Source: an uncultured Gammaproteobacteria bacterium
Lineage (GTDB): Bacteria > Patescibacteriota > Patescibacteriia > UBA9570 > XYC2-FULL-38-9
Length of the DNA stretch: 64,000 nucleotides
NCBI GenBank assembly: GCA_964492735.1
Contig: CAZBLE010000002.1
Coordinates: 64,135 to 128,134 of the forward strand
Direction: 5' to 3'
Within the stretch, counting starts at the first letter, position 1; each line of letters opens with the position of its first letter. Under the pieces are notes generated by a model. It searched no databases. It was not told the origin of the DNA and saw nothing but the letters and a program-made list of their open reading frames with translations. Positions 1 through 7,895 of the stretch are shown here, piece by piece. The position numbers and the translations under genes are program-made.

Positions 1-1710
1 GACGGACAATGTATAACTTCCATCTGCTGTCACACTTGTTTCTTCAACTGAACCGGTTGTTTTATTAATTGCTGTCACTGTTGCGCCATCTCCAAGTATT
101 GCATCAGAGAGTGCTGCACCAGAGGCGTCATTAATAATAGACCCGGTAATTGTTCCTTCATTACTCAGGGCAGTAATGTCTTGCGTGATTGTACTTGCTG
201 AAGTCAGTGGTACAGTTGTATCTGTTGCATAATAGCCTGCGCCTTTTTGTGTAATGAGTTGCATTGTGAGACTGGAGTCTCCATTTTTGTACGCCTTGAT
301 TGTATATGTTCCATCAGCGGCAACGGGACTGCTAAATTCATCCTTACCAGATTGCACCAATACACTTGCTGCAAGATTTTGGATCGCTGCACCAGAACTA
401 TCTCTTACTGTTCCGGTAATTGAGTAGTCTTTGCGCGTTGCAGTAATTTCTAAATTGTCAATTGTTTTGTTGTAATCAACAGTTGCTGCAGCGCTGTGTA
501 ATACAAGATGCGTTCCACTTGTAGTGTCTAAATCAATTGAGTATTCACCGCCCGCAACATTTGCAATAGTAAACGCACCGCCGGTTGTTGTGTTTCCAGT
601 GTATGTGCGTCCATTATGGATGTTTGTTGCTTTGACAGGAAGATTTGTCAGGGTGTCAGATGATTTCTCCTCAACATCTTTCGATGTGACATTGACCATT
701 TTGACCTTTCCTTTCAAAGTTGCTGTGTTGGCTTTTGCTGTTAGTGTGCCCCAATCTGTTGTTCCTGCGCCTTCTTCAACAACAAAGGTATTTTCTTTTG
801 GGTCAAAACTTTGCCCTGTAAGTTGAGGGTGGTAGGCTTCAACCGTATAAATTCCTGGAAGCAAGTAGAGTGATGCTACGCCGGTTGTTCCATTGATTTT
901 TGCTTGTGTACTCACCGGACCGTATTTGGTTAAACCAACAAAAGACACATCTCCATTAAAACTATTCAGGTTGAGAATTGCACCGTTTTTATCAACAGGT
1001 TTTACAGTGACGAGAGAGTTGCTATTCACAACATGAAATGTGACCGTTGCAGATTCTGCTGTTGTGTTTTCTGCAAAGCTCACTTCTTGTGCTGGGTCAA
1101 TATTCACCCATGGATAGCGAGTTGGATTTTGTTCACTGAGATTTCGGTCAGCTTTGACGACCCATTTTCCACCAGAGACATTCAAGGTGCCAGTGCCGTT
1201 TGTAATAGTTCCACTGGAAGAGAGTGTGCCATTTGAATTGACCGGCAGGGCTTGAATATCTGCATTGGCAACAGGTGCGCCGTTTTCATCAACCACATTG
1301 ACGTTGATTGTTTTACTGGCACCGATTAACTCAAAATTTGCTGTTTGAGTTGCAAGACCATCGGTATAGGTAAAGGAAGATCCTGTTGTTGGGCGGATGT
1401 AACCAGTTGGGAGAATGGCAGATGGGCCAATTTCAACACTAAGTTGTTGACCGATTGCTGTGGCATTGTCTCCAGAAATGGAATACACACCGCTGGCATT
1501 TGTTGTTGCATTGAATGAGACTGAACCATTGCCATTGTGGAGTTCAACCAGGACGCCAGAGGCCCCAGCACCACCTGGAAGGGTGACTGTTCCACTGACA
1601 AATGTGACGGTTGCGGCCGATGCTGGGGATACAAAAAATGCTGCAAACAGAGCAGCACTCAAGAATCCAAACAGCATGCGACGTAGTTGATTGCTCAATA
1701 CGTATTGCAT
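1..1710 (-). CDS. Secreted repetitive surface protein, 3'-truncated by the window edge. It is Thr/Gly/Ser/Asn/Val-rich and likely built from Ig-like or carboxypeptidase-regulatory-like beta-sandwich repeats.
   Basis: On the minus strand an ATG at 1710 is preceded by GAGGAG 6 nt upstream. My hand translation gives MQYVLSNQLRRMLFGFLSAALFAAFFVSPASAATVTF... (a signal peptide with an ASA cleavage site) and continues in frame to position 1. I checked the frame at 1320 and at 1650. The ORF track does not list it, probably because it has no stop inside the window. Confidence 0.55.
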   Translation of the reverse strand, partial: MQYVLSNQLRRMLFGFLSAALFAAFFVSPASAATVTFVSGTVTLPGGAGASGVLVELHNGNGSVSFNATTNASGVYSISGDNATAIGQQLSVEIGPSAILPTGYIRPTTGSSFTYTDGLATQTANFELIGASKTINVNVVDENGAPVANADIQALPVNSNGTLSSSGTITNGTGTLNVSGGKWVVKADRNLSEQNPTRYPWVNIDPAQEVSFAENTTAESATVTFHVVNSNSLVTVKPVDKNGAILNLNSFNGDVSFVGLTKYGPVSTQAKINGTTGVASLYLLPGIYTVEAYHPQLTGQSFDPKENTFVVEEGAGTTDWGTLTAKANTATLKGKVKMVNVTSKDVEEKSSDTLTNLPVKATNIHNGRTYTGNTTTGGAFTIANVAGGEYSIDLDTTSGTHLVLHSAAATVDYNKTIDNLEITATRKDYSITGTVRDSSGAAIQNLAASVLVQSGKDEFSSPVAADGTYTIKAYKNGDSSLTMQLITQKGAGYYATDTTVPLTSASTITQDITALSNEGTITGSIINDASGAALSDAILGDGATVTAINKTTGSVEETSVTADGSYTLSV

Positions 1711-1850
1711 ATATTTCTCCTCTAACTAATTATTTTATTTCACTTATTGAAAATAGTACCATATTTAGGCTTTTTGCCACAAATCCCTTGACGGATTTGT
1801 GAATTTCTCGTATGATCTGTGAGCTATTATTTTATTGAAGATGTATTTCT

Positions 1851-2321
1851 ATGTCTGAAGAAGAGAAAAAAGAAATGACCCCAGAAGCAGCTCCTGAGAC
1901 TGCTGATGTTGCTGTTGAGGCTCCAGAGGAGTCTGAAGAAGAGCGGGTTGCAAAAGAAGCAGAAGCCGCTAAACAGCAGGCTGAAGAAGAGGCTCTTGCC
2001 GCTGAAGAAGTGAAGGATGAGCAAGAACTCCGACCAGGAATGACTGTTCGTGTCCACTTTAAAATCAAAGAAGGTGAAAAAGAACGTATTCAGGTGTTTC
2101 AAGGTATGATTTTGGCACTTCGTGGCAAAACAGCGCCAACAAAAACCATGACCGTTCGTAAAGTAAGCTTTGGTATCGGTGTTGAACGTATTTTCCCACT
2201 TGCATCTCCATTGATTGAAAAGATTGAAATCGTGAAGATTGCGAAAGTGCGTCGTTCAAAATTGTTCTTCATCCGTGATTACGGAAAACGTTTGAAGGAA
2301 ACCCTCGTCAACAAACAATAG
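1851..2321 (+). CDS. rplS: 50S ribosomal protein L19, with a roughly 45-aa acidic (Glu/Ala-rich) N-terminal extension.
   Basis: The C-terminal 110 aa ([30 protein letters not shown]...[28 protein letters not shown]...[10 protein letters not shown]) matches the conserved L19 core. The N-terminus is low-complexity EEAK-rich. Confidence 0.85.
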   Translation: MSEEEKKEMTPEAAPETADVAVEAPEESEEERVAKEAEAAKQQAEEEALAAEEVKDEQELRPGMTVRVHFKIKEGEKERIQVFQGMILALRGKTAPTKTMTVRKVSFGIGVERIFPLASPLIEKIEIVKIAKVRRSKLFFIRDYGKRLKETLVNKQ

Positions 2322-2449
2322 ATCTTTTTATTCTATTGAACAAAAAGCTGGACTGAGTGCCAGTTTTTTGTTTTTATGTGTTATATGAAATGGACGGCTG
2401 AATTGGCATTTTAATCAGTAAATTATATGCTGATTCAACCAGTTATTAC

Positions 2450-2479
2450 TTGACAAGAAAGCAAAAAAAGATACATAAT
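2450..2479 (+). promoter_or_regulatory. Sigma70-like promoter for the tRNA-Leu/tRNA-Val unit.
   Basis: TTGACA at 2450-2455, an 18-nt spacer, then CATAAT at 2474-2479. This lies about 40 nt upstream of tRNA-Leu. Confidence 0.45.
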
Positions 2480-2519
2480 GCACTGCAACTTGAAAGAAAA
2501 ATGCATTCTGTATAGATAC

Positions 2520-2606
2520 GCGCGGGTGGCGGAATTGGTAGACGCGCAGGCTTGAGGGGTCTGTGGGAATTTTACTCTCGTGGAGGTTCAAGTCCTCTTC
2601 CGCGCA
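2520..2606 (+). tRNA. tRNA-Leu(GAG): tRNA-Leu (anticodon GAG), class II with a long variable arm.
   Basis: Acceptor stem GCGCGGG pairs with (U)CCGCGC. Anticodon stem CAGGC/GUCUG with loop UUGAGGG. T-arm GAGGTTCAAGTCCTC. Discriminator A. CCA is not encoded. Confidence 0.8.
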
Positions 2607-2704
2607 CTAGCTGAGGCATTTTCTTTTTCATGAGTCTTGCGCAAGAATAGCTTCTTGCAAAGAAGTTTGAAATACGATATTCTGTATCAGCTACAGAATG
2701 ATCC

Positions 2705-2781
2705 GGGCGCTTAGCTCAGTTGGCTAGAGCACCTCGTTTACACCGAGGGGGTCGGGGGTTCGAGCCCCTCAGCGCCCACCA
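2705..2781 (+). tRNA. tRNA-Val(TAC): tRNA-Val (anticodon UAC), with encoded CCA.
   Basis: Acceptor stem GGGCGCT/AGCGCCC. D-arm GCTCAGTTGGCTAGAGC. Anticodon stem CCTCG/CGAGG with loop TTTACAC. T-arm GGGGGTTCGAGCCCCTC. Ends ACCA. Confidence 0.85.
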
Positions 2782-2785
2782 AAAT

Positions 2786-2815
2786 AAAAAAGGCCCTACT
2801 ATGGGTCTTTTTTTA
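2786..2815 (+). terminator. Rho-independent terminator after tRNA-Val.
   Basis: AAAAAGGCCCTACTATGGGTCTTTTTTT: stem AGGCCC/GGGTCT, then a T7 run. Confidence 0.7.
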
Positions 2816-2885
2816 TTCGACAGTGTGTAAAAAGTATTGCATACTTTTTCAAAGGCGCTTGCATAATACCAATTATACATTTGAT

Positions 2886-3254
2886 ATGATAGAAGAAAGT
2901 GTACTAAAAAAACCAGAGGTGTATCCAAAAGGATGGGGTAGAGAATTGTGGATCGCTAATTCTCCTCTGTACTGCGGTAAAATAATGGAATTAAAAAAAG
3001 ATAAACGTTGCAGTATCCACTTTCATGAAGTGAAGGATGAAACATTTTACGTACTATCCGGTGTTGTTCAAATGAATATATATCCCAATGGCTATCCAGG
3101 AGAGCCAAAGGAAATTGTTATGAATCCTGGAGACACTCTCCACATCCCGCAGCAATTAGCGCATCAATTTATCGGCCTTGAGGATAGTACAATTCTTGAG
3201 GTGTCTACTCAACACATTGAAAAAGATAGTTATCGTCTTGTAAAAGGGGATTAG
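2886..3254 (+). CDS. Cupin-domain protein (cupin_2-like small barrel).
   Basis: WGRELWIANSPLYCGKIMEL...HFHEVKDETFYVLSGVV...PGDTLHIPQQLAHQF matches the two-motif cupin signature. I place the start at ATG 2886 (MIEESVLKK) rather than the TTG-type start at 2823 in the ORF track. Confidence 0.6.
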   Translation: MIEESVLKKPEVYPKGWGRELWIANSPLYCGKIMELKKDKRCSIHFHEVKDETFYVLSGVVQMNIYPNGYPGEPKEIVMNPGDTLHIPQQLAHQFIGLEDSTILEVSTQHIEKDSYRLVKGD

Positions 3255-3287
3255 AGAAACTATAGAGACCGGTGTCACCCGCCATAA

Positions 3288-3313
3288 TAAAAAGGCCTAC
3301 TACGGGTCTTTTT
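3288..3313 (+). terminator. Rho-independent terminator after the cupin gene; a near-copy of the hairpin at 2786-2815.
   Basis: AAAAAGGCCTACTACGGGTCTTTTTATT differs from the 2791-2815 hairpin by 2 nt. Confidence 0.65.
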
Positions 3314-3348
3314 ATTATGTTTATCCACCCCTTACATAAACATATTTA

Positions 3349-3377
3349 TTGACAGGTTTTTTTCACAAGAGTAGTAT
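3349..3377 (+). promoter_or_regulatory. Sigma70-like promoter of the first trkH paralog.
   Basis: TTGACA at 3349-3354, a 17-nt spacer, then TAGTAT at 3372-3377. Confidence 0.5.
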
Positions 3378-3420
3378 GGTCCGTGGCTTCTTGAAAATAT
3401 ATACACTAATCGTTTTACGA

Positions 3421-3459
3421 CAACTTGAGAATAAGGTTCCTCAAGTTGAATGATTTTTT
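3421..3459 (+). promoter_or_regulatory. Conserved leader hairpin (CAACTTGAG-N10-CTCAAGTTG) followed by a T6 run. Candidate attenuator or cis-regulatory RNA in the trkH-1 5' leader.
   Basis: A perfect 9-bp inverted repeat at 3421-3429 and 3440-3448, then AATGATTTTTTG. It sits about +37 from the predicted transcription start. The same CAACTTGAGAA...CAAGTTGA motif recurs in the trkH-2 leader at 5941-5970. Confidence 0.4.
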
Positions 3460-3593
3460 GTTGATTGTAGCAATAAAAATCTTACGACATTTCTGGTTCA
3501 GGTATTTTAATCTTGAACAAGAGGCGTCGTAATTGAACGATGGTATACTATTTTTCATAAAAAGTCCCTCACTTAATTTTAACGTGCCTTTTT

Positions 3594-5315
3594 ATGTTGA
3601 AACAACGGTTTCACTATCTATATTCAGCGCTCATTCCAGCGCTTCAAATTCAAATTGTTTTATTTTGTGGCTTTCTTTTAAGTCTCGGTGTGAGTATTTT
3701 TTATCAAGTAGTGAATGACCCTCGTTATCCAGTAGAGCGCCCCGCGTTATTATTTTATGGGATTATTATTAGTGGTGCCTGTGTATTATTGGGTCATTTA
3801 CTTAGTAAATACACTATGTATGACCATGAGCTTGATTTAGGGCATGGTGCGTGGGTCGTCTTTTTTACATGGATGATTGCGTGTGCGACTTCTGGCTTTG
3901 TGTTTATGCAGGCAGGATTTCCAGTGCCATCACGCGTTGAAGACTTTGCACTGGCGCGTCGATTTTTTGATGGCTTTTATGAATCAATGTCTGGGTTTAC
4001 AACGACTGGTACAAGTATTTTACCAAGCGTGGAAGCCTTTCCGCGGAGTATTTTATTTTGGCGTTCACTGACGCATTGGATTGGTGGGATGGGGATTGCG
4101 TTTATGGCACTGACCCTTTGGAAGGCAATTACTACTCGACGCTCAGAAGTTATTAATTCAGAAGCAGAGTCACCACATATTATTGCGTTTAAGAATGACC
4201 AAGAATCACGGCAGTCCGGATTTGATTTTTTGAAAACATACAGCTTTTTAAGCGCACTTTGCTTTATTGCGTTGTATCTGTCAGGTCATTTTTTTCGAGA
4301 CGTGCCATATGCACAGTGGTACGATAACCTTTTTGATTCCTTAACGATTACTTTTGGCACAATGGGAACTGGTGGCTTTGGTGTGTATGATTCAAGTATT
4401 GGGTTGCCGATTATAGAAAATGGACAGCTGATTACTGGTGGATTAAGGAATGCTGTTTCAGAATGGATCATTGCGTTTTTCATGGCTTTTGCTGGAATGA
4501 ATTTTGCATTATGGTATTCATTGATTTTTAAGGGCCGATTATTAAACATGCTGAAAAATCGTGAGTTCCAAGTATTTTGGTTATTCATTATTCTCAGCAC
4601 AGCTTCAATTACCTATTTATTGGTTCAATCTGGCATTCATGATTCTACACTTGAGTCATTACGTTTCGCGTTCTTTAATGTCACAAATATTGTTTCAACC
4701 ACTGGTTTTGGTAATGACGATTTCAACCTTTGGCCAGTTGGTGCTCAAGCGATCTTATTCTTGTCATACCTCACAGGCGCAATGGTTGGTTCCACCGGCG
4801 GTGGGTTAAAGTTTATTCGGTTTATCGTCTTGTTTAAATATCTCGGCATGCAAATTAAAAATTTGATCACCGGCTCTCAGAAATCTGGATTTGTTATCGA
4901 TGGTGTACGATACAATGATCGCAGTAGTGCATTGATTATTACGACCGTCACTATTTATTTCATGTTGTTTTTAGGAGGTGCGGTAGTCATTTTGTTGACA
5001 GGCAGTCAGGCGACATTTACAGATGGAACGATCCGCGGTATGGACTTTTTCACAGGATTTAATGCGGCGATTGCCAACCTTGGTAACATCGGGCCATCGA
5101 TTGTCAATGGTATTGCAGGAGCGGGCCCAACTGGGAACTACTCGTCATTTAGTACAGTTGCAAAAGTTGTTATGGCGATTCTGATGTTTATTGGCCGCAT
5201 TGGCGTGTTAACTTGCTTAATGTTGTTTGTGACAAAGCGTGGATTGGAAAATATGAACACTGAAAGAGCAGCAGTTGAATTTGATTCAGATACACCATTA
5301 TTACTCGGACGTTAA
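3594..5315 (+). CDS. trkH: TrkH/KtrB-family cation (K+) transporter, paralog 1.
   Basis: Multi-TM protein carrying the selectivity-filter-like motifs MSGFTTTGTSIL, FGTMGTGGFGVYD, VSTTGFGNDDF and GSTGGGLKFIRF that are characteristic of the Trk/Ktr/HKT superfamily. Confidence 0.8.
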   Translation: MLKQRFHYLYSALIPALQIQIVLFCGFLLSLGVSIFYQVVNDPRYPVERPALLFYGIIISGACVLLGHLLSKYTMYDHELDLGHGAWVVFFTWMIACATSGFVFMQAGFPVPSRVEDFALARRFFDGFYESMSGFTTTGTSILPSVEAFPRSILFWRSLTHWIGGMGIAFMALTLWKAITTRRSEVINSEAESPHIIAFKNDQESRQSGFDFLKTYSFLSALCFIALYLSGHFFRDVPYAQWYDNLFDSLTITFGTMGTGGFGVYDSSIGLPIIENGQLITGGLRNAVSEWIIAFFMAFAGMNFALWYSLIFKGRLLNMLKNREFQVFWLFIILSTASITYLLVQSGIHDSTLESLRFAFFNVTNIVSTTGFGNDDFNLWPVGAQAILFLSYLTGAMVGSTGGGLKFIRFIVLFKYLGMQIKNLITGSQKSGFVIDGVRYNDRSSALIITTVTIYFMLFLGGAVVILLTGSQATFTDGTIRGMDFFTGFNAAIANLGNIGPSIVNGIAGAGPTGNYSSFSTVAKVVMAILMFIGRIGVLTCLMLFVTKRGLENMNTERAAVEFDSDTPLLLGR

Positions 5316-5324
5316 TCTCATTTT

Positions 5325-5837
5325 ATGAATATTCTTTTTATCGGTTTAGTAGGTTCCGGAAAATCTACACTCGGTAGCATGGTCGCAAAAGAGCTTGGGT
5401 ATGCATTTATTGAAACAGACGTTTTGACATTAGATCGGACAGGGTACGCATCTATCAATGATGTCTATAAAGAAAGTGTTTCTTTTTGGGAAGAGACTGA
5501 GATTGAAGTCATGAAAGCGTTAAGTGGACATACAAAACAAGTGCTCGCTTGTGGTGGTGGTGTTGCGGAAAACGATATTAATTTTCAGTTTTTTCGAGAA
5601 AATTCTGAGACAACACACATCATCTATCTGTATTCTGAAGCAGGTGTATTGGCAGAGCGGGTACTGACTGCGCATTCTGAAATGACACTCAAAGAAGTCG
5701 ATGCAGTAACTGCAAAAATGAAAGAGCTGTTTAAAAAGCGTGATTCATTGTATCGATTGCAAGCAACGCATGTGATTGACACAACCAACAAAACGGCCAC
5801 AGACAATGTCCGAGAAATTTTAGATATTGTGGGTTAA
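5325..5837 (+). CDS. P-loop kinase of the shikimate-kinase/gluconokinase-like (AAA_33/SKI) fold.
   Basis: Walker A motif ILFIGLVGSGKSTLG, followed by ETD...ACGGGV and a lid region arranged as in shikimate-kinase-like proteins. The substrate is not assignable. Confidence 0.5.
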   Translation: MNILFIGLVGSGKSTLGSMVAKELGYAFIETDVLTLDRTGYASINDVYKESVSFWEETEIEVMKALSGHTKQVLACGGGVAENDINFQFFRENSETTHIIYLYSEAGVLAERVLTAHSEMTLKEVDAVTAKMKELFKKRDSLYRLQATHVIDTTNKTATDNVREILDIVG

Positions 5838-5867
5838 TGTTATCCACTGTTTCCACTATTCAAAACC

Positions 5868-5895
5868 TTGACCATTTATCACAGAGGCATATAAT
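5868..5895 (+). promoter_or_regulatory. Sigma70-like promoter of the second trkH paralog.
   Basis: TTGACC at 5868-5873, a 16-nt spacer, then TATAAT at 5890-5895. The leader that follows is about 215 nt long. Confidence 0.55.
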
Positions 5896-5940
5896 CATCT
5901 ACGGTTCATTCAATTGACTTTGTAGAGAATTTGCTTGCGG

Positions 5941-5970
5941 CAACTTGAGAAGCCTTATGCTTCCAAGTTG
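5941..5970 (+). promoter_or_regulatory. Second copy of the trkH leader hairpin motif (CAACTTGAGAAG...CTTCCAAGTTG).
   Basis: An imperfect inverted repeat with the same arms as 3421-3448, at about +40 from the predicted transcription start. A TTTTTTGTTG element also recurs further downstream at 6079-6088. Confidence 0.4.
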
Positions 5971-6116
5971 ATTGCTTGAGAAGGAAAAATTCTCACATGT
6001 ATTTCGATGAGTGGTGTGAAGATTTCACGTTGTTCATCGCAAGACATCCATGGTTAATTGTTTTCGTGAGCTGACGCTTTTTTGTTGCGTGTTCATTCAT
6101 GTGAATATTTTTTACT

Positions 6117-7727
6117 ATGTCTAATGTTGTTCGAACATTTTTTGACAAGCTATCATTTTTTACAGCAGCTGAAGCTACCGTTATCACGTTTGTTATTGCT
6201 TCATTAATTGGAGCTGGCGTGCTCTATGGTACTGAACATAATCGCTTGGTGCATGCAAAAAAGCCAATCTTACAAGAGGTGAGTGTTGAGCGTATTCATG
6301 CAACAGATGTTGACGTGCATGTTTCTGGTGAATCAAGCATACAAACACATACCTTCATCCAAGATGTTCAATATGAAGGCGAAACCTTTATTGACATGTG
6401 GTTCACTGCCGTGTCAGCATTGTGTGTCACTGGCCTTACGTCTACTGATTTTTCTGAATTTACACTCGCAGGCCAAATTGTTACGTTGGTGTTGATTCAA
6501 ATGGGTGGTTTGGGAATTATTGTGTTTACATCTTTATTCGCTTTGGCGATTGTTCGTGGACTGTCTGAGGGTGTCTCATTTCGACATTTATTATCTGGTG
6601 TTCTGGACACGGAAGACTATCATGTGTCAACGATGTTAAAGCATGTGTTCATGTACACATTTTTCTTTGAAGGCATTGCAGCAATGATTATGGGCATTCG
6701 ATTGCAATGGTTTAGCGACCCCGTACTATTACAAGGCTTAAATCCATGGTGGTGGTCGCTATTCCATTCTGTGTCTGCGTTTAATAATGCAGGCTTTGGG
6801 TTATTGAATAATAATTTAGTAAACTATGTCACTGATCCTGTGATTAATTTGACTATAGCGACATTGATTATTATCGGCGGGATCGGATATCCAGTCATGA
6901 TTGCGATTCATGCATGGCTTCGTTTAAAGGTTCGTTCTCGTAAAGATGCGACTCAAGCAACGCTTGATGCATCTGTGAGAGAAGTTATGGCATCTCCATT
7001 ACAACTACGCATCGCATTGATTGGTACCCTTCTGCTGTTGATGGTAGGTACAATTATTCCATTATTGGTTGAATGGAATAATCCTGTTATGGAAAGTCAT
7101 TCTATTCCAGAAAAAGTCTTGATTGCCTTTTTTCAAAGTACCTCAACGAGAACCGCTGGGTTTAACACAGTGGACATTGGCGTGCTTGGTGGCGCAACGT
7201 TATTGCTCTATATGATCCTAATGTTTATTGGTGCCAACCCGGCTGGTACGGGTGGTGGTATTAAAATCCCAACAATCGCAGTGCTGTATGGTTTTATGGT
7301 TGATTGGTTTAAAAAACCAGGCAGTCCAGTGACATTGTATCGATTGGTGGTGAGTAAATTTGCTGTTTCACATGCGATTCGATTACTGTTTTTCAGTTTT
7401 GTTTTTATGGGTAGTGTTTCATTTTTGATCATGGTTGCAGAATATCAATTTTTGATCACACCTGATCCAACTTTTAATTTTCTGAAGGTGATGTTTGAAA
7501 TTGTTTCGGCGTTCGGCACGGTTGGTTTATCAATGGGGTTTACTGGCAGCGTGACAAGTTTTGCTGCTGTTTTGACACCTTTTTCAAAAGTGATGTTAAT
7601 TTTGACAATGCTGTTTGGTCGGATTGGCCCACTAACCATTTTGGCGGCGTTGCCGTGGAAGCGAAAATACTTAAATCATCCACCAACGGGTGATCATGCA
7701 GATGCTCAGAAGATCCAGATTGGATAA
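6117..7727 (+). CDS. trkH: TrkH/KtrB-family cation (K+) transporter, paralog 2.
   Basis: ALCVTGLTSTDF, NNAGFGL, GGIGYPV and GTGGGIKIPT motifs. The C-terminus ends ...QKIQIG. Confidence 0.85.
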   Translation: MSNVVRTFFDKLSFFTAAEATVITFVIASLIGAGVLYGTEHNRLVHAKKPILQEVSVERIHATDVDVHVSGESSIQTHTFIQDVQYEGETFIDMWFTAVSALCVTGLTSTDFSEFTLAGQIVTLVLIQMGGLGIIVFTSLFALAIVRGLSEGVSFRHLLSGVLDTEDYHVSTMLKHVFMYTFFFEGIAAMIMGIRLQWFSDPVLLQGLNPWWWSLFHSVSAFNNAGFGLLNNNLVNYVTDPVINLTIATLIIIGGIGYPVMIAIHAWLRLKVRSRKDATQATLDASVREVMASPLQLRIALIGTLLLLMVGTIIPLLVEWNNPVMESHSIPEKVLIAFFQSTSTRTAGFNTVDIGVLGGATLLLYMILMFIGANPAGTGGGIKIPTIAVLYGFMVDWFKKPGSPVTLYRLVVSKFAVSHAIRLLFFSFVFMGSVSFLIMVAEYQFLITPDPTFNFLKVMFEIVSAFGTVGLSMGFTGSVTSFAAVLTPFSKVMLILTMLFGRIGPLTILAALPWKRKYLNHPPTGDHADAQKIQIG

Positions 7728-7895
7728 TTAAGAAATTGTGGTATCCCAGTAAGTTTTGTGTTGCCCGATTTGCGATGAACAGGAATGAGAGGAGGGGTCT
7801 TATTTATTGCCAATCGGACAACGTGCACATTCTTAATCGAATGAATCGTTGTTTGTTGCAAAAATACAGCACCACTATTCTCGTTGGAGAATCAC

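Noticed and set aside
5838-6116. A c-di-AMP (ydaO-type) riboswitch in the trkH leaders.
   Set aside because: K+ transporter leaders often carry ydaO, so I searched for its conserved G-rich cores (the GGGGA and CCCG/ACGGGG segments). They are absent. The conserved element found is a different, simple hairpin.
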